This document shows, piece after piece, positions 59,255 to 64,000 of a stretch of 64,000 nt of DNA. The stretch lies in the IMG/VR virus record IMGVR_UViG_3300029915_000005. The stretch is one strand, 5' to 3'. The notes beneath the pieces are model-generated. The model was not told the origin of the DNA, searched no databases, and worked only from the letters and a program-made list of their open reading frames with translations. The stretch is from a virus. Each line of letters begins with the position of its first letter. Within the stretch, counting starts at the first letter, position 1. Made by a program: the position numbers and the translations under genes.

Positions 59255-59863
59255 ATGAGCAATAATATTTGCAAGCACGTTGGATTACATAATGCCAAGA
59301 AAATTTTAATTTTATGGAATAAAGTTCCTGGAGAATCTCATATGGCATTGGTTCTATTCGCTGATAAGATTCCCGCAGCATATTCTGAATTGGTTCATAA
59401 AACATTGGTAAGTGAAGCTGGGCAAAAAGCAAAAAATTTCGCAGATGCATTGAATGAAGTAAAGTTGCCTGACGGAAGAAATTTACTTAATGCTTTGCAC
59501 ACTGAATCGCATATTAAAAAAGTTCAAACGAATCAGACATTTGTTACACCTGACTCAATTAACAAGATTAAGTTAAATGAACTCAATGATATGATGGATA
59601 AAATTGAAGAAGGCGGGGATGCTAAGAAAAAATTAGAAGATTTAGATTTATATAAAGGAATGAATAAAAGAAAACGACGAAATGGGCTGTCAACCACTCC
59701 CAGTGATTTAGATATTTCTGATAAAAAGATGGTGGTAGCCTTGCAAGAGCAAGTCAAGCAATTGACTGGTGCTGTAGAAGCATTACTTGTTGAAGTTAGA
59801 CAATTGAAAGGGGACAGATCAGAACCTGCTTCAGTTGCTCCCAAAACACGAAAAATAATTTAA
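59255..59863 (+). CDS. Hypothetical phage protein
   Basis: AGGAG RBS; KHVG...VPGE...; C-terminal coiled coil. Confidence 0.6.
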   Translation: MSNNICKHVGLHNAKKILILWNKVPGESHMALVLFADKIPAAYSELVHKTLVSEAGQKAKNFADALNEVKLPDGRNLLNALHTESHIKKVQTNQTFVTPDSINKIKLNELNDMMDKIEEGGDAKKKLEDLDLYKGMNKRKRRNGLSTTPSDLDISDKKMVVALQEQVKQLTGAVEALLVEVRQLKGDRSEPASVAPKTRKII

Positions 59864-59873
59864 GCACAAATTA

Positions 59874-59903
59874 AAAAAGCCCAGCAAATTTGCTGGGCTT
59901 TTT
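59874..59903. terminator. Bidirectional terminator
   Basis: aaaaagcccagc-aaattt-gctgggcttttt between convergent genes. Confidence 0.85.
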
Positions 59904-59905
59904 AT

Positions 59906-60928
59906 TTAAATTATTGGCATTCCAAATTTTTTACTAGTTTCTATGTTTTCTTGAATGATTTTAGATATAGATTCCCTCTCAAAAGCTGTAAGATAATAAG
60001 CTTCAGAATATGAAATACTCCCACGCATATACCATATTAACTTTAATAACTCAGCCTTAATATTTTTTGTTTCTGAATTCATCTTTTCAAGCATTTCAAT
60101 AATTTCAGATTCAAACGCAGTGATAAGTTTATTTCTAAATTGAGTACAAAAATCTAAATCAATTGGCACTGATAATTGTTCTTGACATTTGGAACAAGTT
60201 ATTTCTACATTTGGCAAATAGCATTGCTTAATTGATTCTGCAATATAACTACTAATTTCATTTTGAGATTGAATATCAAGTTGTTTGAACCATTCTTGAA
60301 TATGATATTGAGAAGTAACTGTATTATTTGATTTAGAAATAATAATTTTATTTATAGATTGTGAATGAAATGAGTACAATAAATTTTTTTGTTGTGCAAT
60401 TAATGAAATTAATATTTCTTCATATCCTTCTATTGAATTTAATTTGGATATTTGATAAATTTGTTTTCTTAATTTAAAATCAGCAATTGAAAATATATTG
60501 AATTGTTTATATGTTGGTGGACTAAAATATATAATTAGATCATTCATTATTAATGGAGTAAACCACTTGTTGGCTGATAAAGAATTTATATATGAAGATA
60601 AATTAATTTCGTAAGGATCTTGAAAAGAACATTTGGGACAAGTAATTAATAATTCAACTTTCATACCAGTTGTTGCAATTTTTATATTTGCCAATATTTG
60701 TTGAATATCACAAATTAACAAATTTTCAGGCTCAATAATTTCAGGACAGCAATTTTTAATTATTTCTTCAGTTGCTTTTCCAGACAATAAAGCGTCTGGT
60801 GTTCTTAAAGTAAATTCATCCAATATAACCATCGAGTGAACAGAAATTTGCTTAGTGTTTCCAGTTATGGAATCACTAAGCAAATTTGTATAAAGTTTTG
60901 GTCGATTAAATGATATTTTGTTTTGCAT
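59906..60928 (-). CDS. Baseplate hub protein-like (T4 gp26-like) with C-terminal extension
   Basis: DEFTLRTPDALLSG, CCP.I, DI..IL..IKIAT.G, CPKC and CSKC; WYMRGSISY tail. Confidence 0.6.
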   Translation of the reverse strand: MQNKISFNRPKLYTNLLSDSITGNTKQISVHSMVILDEFTLRTPDALLSGKATEEIIKNCCPEIIEPENLLICDIQQILANIKIATTGMKVELLITCPKCSFQDPYEINLSSYINSLSANKWFTPLIMNDLIIYFSPPTYKQFNIFSIADFKLRKQIYQISKLNSIEGYEEILISLIAQQKNLLYSFHSQSINKIIISKSNNTVTSQYHIQEWFKQLDIQSQNEISSYIAESIKQCYLPNVEITCSKCQEQLSVPIDLDFCTQFRNKLITAFESEIIEMLEKMNSETKNIKAELLKLIWYMRGSISYSEAYYLTAFERESISKIIQENIETSKKFGMPII

Positions 60929-61862
60929 TTTGCTCTGGAAGAAATGAAGATCCCATAAATGTTATTTCAGCTTGCCATTCAGGTGGCGCACCAGCTTTTA
61001 ATTCGTCTAAGGTGCTATGTTGAAGTGGTATTGAAAAAGCATATTTTTTTCTTTGTGCTTCCAAATGATCACGAATAGCATTAAAAAATTCAATATCCAT
61101 TCCACGAATAATTTGATTAATTTGCTTTTCATCTTGAGGAGTGGAAGATGTGAGAGAAACAATTGTGTTATTATTGGAATCAATTAGTTCAAGAGTTTTA
61201 ATACTGTCACATACTAAATTTATTGCAGTATTGGATAATTGATTTATACTATCAGTGAATAATTTTTCATCTTTAATATTTTCATTTGAATCAAAATTTT
61301 TTGTTAATGCTTTTTTCTGCTGGCTAATATCTTTAGAAATATTAAATAAATATTTTAGTGAAATTGGATAAATTGTAAGTGATATTTTTTGCCCATCTTC
61401 GCTTTCTATGATAATAGAATCATCCCATTTATCTTTTCGTGATAAAAGTTCACACAAAAAAGTTGTTAATGATATTTTAAGTGTTCTTACTAATTTAGTA
61501 TTTGGTACTGAGACATTTAATTCAAAATCATCTCCATAACTGGCCAATCTTATAGCTAACAAAATAGTATCTACATCAATATTTGGTATATTTTCAGGAT
61601 TCAATATTCCAGGTAGGCATTCTTTGATTAGATCATATGTAGATTTTCCAGAAAGACTAATATCTCCTGCCCTAAATTTTATATCAGCATCAGCAGTCAT
61701 GGCAAATACTGACAAACTTCCATCTTTATCTAAAGATAGACTATTTTCTGGATACCATTGTCCTTTGCTTGGAAGAAATAATGATAATTTCTTTTTTCTA
61801 AAAAAAGAAGTAAGCGGATTTATTTCTGGAGTTTCATTATTTGATGAAGTAATTGTTTTCAT
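60906..61862 (-). CDS. Baseplate hub protein-like (T4 gp26-like)
   Basis: NPL..FFR..KL...LPSKG.WYP, VFAMTADAD, DVDTILLAIRLASYG. Confidence 0.65.
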   Translation of the reverse strand: MKTITSSNNETPEINPLTSFFRKKKLSLFLPSKGQWYPENSLSLDKDGSLSVFAMTADADIKFRAGDISLSGKSTYDLIKECLPGILNPENIPNIDVDTILLAIRLASYGDDFELNVSVPNTKLVRTLKISLTTFLCELLSRKDKWDDSIIIESEDGQKISLTIYPISLKYLFNISKDISQQKKALTKNFDSNENIKDEKLFTDSINQLSNTAINLVCDSIKTLELIDSNNNTIVSLTSSTPQDEKQINQIIRGMDIEFFNAIRDHLEAQRKKYAFSIPLQHSTLDELKAGAPPEWQAEITFMGSSFLPEQNAKQNII

Positions 61863-61877
61863 TGTAAACCTCTGAAG

Positions 61878-61896
61878 TATTTATGTGAGCTAAATA
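61878..61896. promoter_or_regulatory. Back-to-back late-type TAAATA promoters
   Basis: TATTTA at 61878-61883 and TAAATA at 61891-61896 between divergent structural genes. Confidence 0.55.
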
Positions 61897-61926
61897 CATA
61901 AGAATATAATTTTTTAATGGTGATAA

Positions 61927-64000
61927 ATGGCAACAGTAAGAATAGTTTCTAAGGGCAATACGCTGGATGGGTCAGAACTCGACAATATTGCGTCTGAGGA
62001 GACACTGTTAGCATTGCTTGAGCAATTGAAAATTATTAATGGCGGAGCTTCAGAAATTAAAAAAGAATCAACAAAAACAAAAACAAATACTGATAAGCAT
62101 TTTGACTTACTGGGGAAAGTAATTGGTAAAAATAAAGCAGATACAGTTCAACACATATTTAATGCAATTAAAGGAGTTGGGGCTGGCGAGGCTGGTAGTG
62201 CGGGTGGCTTGATAGCTAAAATTGCTCCAGAATTGGCTGTTATGACTGCTTTTATTGCTGTATTGGACGTAGCAAAAAATACATTTTTTGGATTAGTTAA
62301 TACTTCAGCATTATTGGTTAAATCATTTGTTGATGGCCAGTCATCGTTGTCTGATTATACCAAAGCTTTAGCAGCAGGAACACAGCATATTTTGATTATT
62401 GGCACATTGGTTGGTCTTTTTTCTAAAGGAATAGAAATTATTGATTCTTGGAATAATAAGTTATATGAACTTAACACTGTTGGTGCTGGATTTAATAATA
62501 GTCTTATTGAAATGAGACAGCGTGCGGCTGATGCTGGCTTATCGTTAGAAGATTACTCCAAAATAATTATCGCAAACAAAGATAATTTTGCTACTTTTGG
62601 TTCCATAATGAATGGAGTTAATACTTATAATAAAATAGCCACTATTTCTATGAGAGATTATACAGATCAATTAGCTAATATGGGTATTTCTTTATCGCAG
62701 TATCAAGAAGAGTTACCAGGGGTATTATCTCTTTTCGGGGCATCTATGAAAGCTCATGGGGCAAGTGATAAACAATTAGCTTCTAGCGCCATTGAATTGA
62801 CCAGTCAATTTGATGCAATGGCAAAATTAACAGGAAAAACTCGTGAACAGCAAGTGGCTGATATGCAAAAATTAACTGCTGACGCTGCTTGGAAATTAAA
62901 ATTATCTGAAATGAGCGATTCAGAAAGAACACAAGAACTTGCAGCATTAAATGAAGTAAATTCAACAATGGGAGCAACTGCTGCTGAATTATACAAAATG
63001 AAAGTTCTTGGTATTGTTCCATTAGGGAAAGAAATGCAAATATTAATGGCAACTGTTCCTGGATTAGATAGACAATTTACAGAAATGTCTCAATTAGCAG
63101 CACAAGGAAAACTTCTTCCTGGAGAAATGGATAGAAGAATTGCTGAAATGGTTGGTTCAGGCTTACGCGCTGGTAAAGGATTGGAACAAATTCTTAAAGC
63201 AGCCACATCAGGTATCGGAGGAACACCAGAAACTATTGCAAAGATTCAAAGTGAATTAATGGCTAATAGCCAATCATTTCTTGATAAAAATGGTGTTTTT
63301 AATGAAGAATTATTTAGACAAAATCTTGCAACTGTAAGAGCACAAGCTGATAAAGAAGATGGAATTCGCAAATCATTGGCTGAGTGGAATTCATCAGTTA
63401 AACTATTGCAAGATTTTTTCTTTCAAAAAATATTACAACCAATAATGTATAAACTTGCCCCAATTATATCGAATATAGTTAAAAAATTTGAAGCCAAGCA
63501 AGGATCTTTACAAGGATTGATAGATGGAGTAGTTAATATTGTTGTTGGATTTGTTGGTATTGTTGGAAGTATTGTATCATTCGTAATGAATAATTGGGGG
63601 TTGATTAAAATTATTTTTGATGTATTGTTGGTTTTGGGTGTAGCATTCTTAGGAGCGGTTATTGGCATAACACTGGCTGCTGTAGGATTGAGTATAGCTC
63701 TTGCGCCTGCTGCACTAATAACTGGTGCTCTTCTTGGCGGGTTAGTTGCATTAGTTGCATTGTTGGCGTCTATCGGGCTTATTAGTATGCCAACATTACC
63801 ATCAGTTGCAGGGATTACTAGCGCAAAAATTCCATCAATGCCAAAGCTATCTTCAATGGAAAATGCTACTTCAGAAAATACATCAGTTTTTCAACCACCA
63901 ACTAATGTTCAATCAATAACAAGTGAAAACTCTTCATCAACTATAGGATCAAAATTGGATGATCATTATGCCATTTTACAACAAATAAGAGATTCAATAC
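61927..64000 (+). CDS. Tape-measure-like protein, 3'-truncated by the window (not in the ORF track)
   Basis: Open frame from ATG 61927 (MATVRI...ASEETLLALL) to the window end; helical Ala/Gly-rich with a long hydrophobic stretch at about 63520-63790; next to hub genes. Confidence 0.7.
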   Translation, partial: MATVRIVSKGNTLDGSELDNIASEETLLALLEQLKIINGGASEIKKESTKTKTNTDKHFDLLGKVIGKNKADTVQHIFNAIKGVGAGEAGSAGGLIAKIAPELAVMTAFIAVLDVAKNTFFGLVNTSALLVKSFVDGQSSLSDYTKALAAGTQHILIIGTLVGLFSKGIEIIDSWNNKLYELNTVGAGFNNSLIEMRQRAADAGLSLEDYSKIIIANKDNFATFGSIMNGVNTYNKIATISMRDYTDQLANMGISLSQYQEELPGVLSLFGASMKAHGASDKQLASSAIELTSQFDAMAKLTGKTREQQVADMQKLTADAAWKLKLSEMSDSERTQELAALNEVNSTMGATAAELYKMKVLGIVPLGKEMQILMATVPGLDRQFTEMSQLAAQGKLLPGEMDRRIAEMVGSGLRAGKGLEQILKAATSGIGGTPETIAKIQSELMANSQSFLDKNGVFNEELFRQNLATVRAQADKEDGIRKSLAEWNSSVKLLQDFFFQKILQPIMYKLAPIISNIVKKFEAKQGSLQGLIDGVVNIVVGFVGIVGSIVSFVMNNWGLIKIIFDVLLVLGVAFLGAVIGITLAAVGLSIALAPAALITGALLGGLVALVALLASIGLISMPTLPSVAGITSAKIPSMPKLSSMENATSENTSVFQPPTNVQSITSENSSSTIGSKLDDHYAILQQIRDSI

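Noticed and set aside
1-64000. tRNA, rRNA, introns or inteins
   Set aside because: No cloverleaf or rRNA-like segment noticed; polymerase and ClpA are uninterrupted and of normal length. A tRNAscan/Infernal run would be needed to exclude them formally.

Overview
AT-rich (about 28-30% GC by eye) segment of a large tailed dsDNA phage genome with T4-like and jumbo-phage-like genes, standard genetic code. It holds, in order: (1) a structural block (giant >3,100-aa baseplate/virion protein running in from the left edge, LamG protein, tail fibre); (2) an SF2-like helicase followed by a ~1.1-kb non-coding region with tandem repeats and GCGAAGC mini-hairpins (candidate origin); (3) GIY-YIG nuclease, DnaJ-like and ClpA-like genes; (4) a ~16-kb island (24.1-39.9 kb) of enzymes that nearly all start with M-[KRLN]-[IL]-x-E-hydrophobic, including six ADP-ribosyltransferase-like paralogues (one outside the island at 13255), four T7-gp0.7-like kinases and two polyproteins whose domains are separated by [IL]-x-E motifs, read here as a prohead-protease-processed, capsid-packaged effector arsenal; (5) family-B DNA polymerase, sliding clamp, a 7-deazaguanine module (DpdA-like, FolE, QueE), RNase H-like nuclease, Acb1-like 2H phosphodiesterase, glycosyl/methyltransferases, DUF4116 repeat genes and a MoxR/vWA pair; (6) two baseplate-hub-like genes and a tape-measure-like gene running off the right edge. 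A second novel-looking element is a three-copy, covarying two-hairpin sequence between convergent TAAATA promoters at the 5' end of free-standing endonuclease genes (candidate cis-antisense RNA). All calls come from motif recognition by eye; no searches were run. One ORF-track strand label (37822..38628) is wrong: that gene is on the minus strand.
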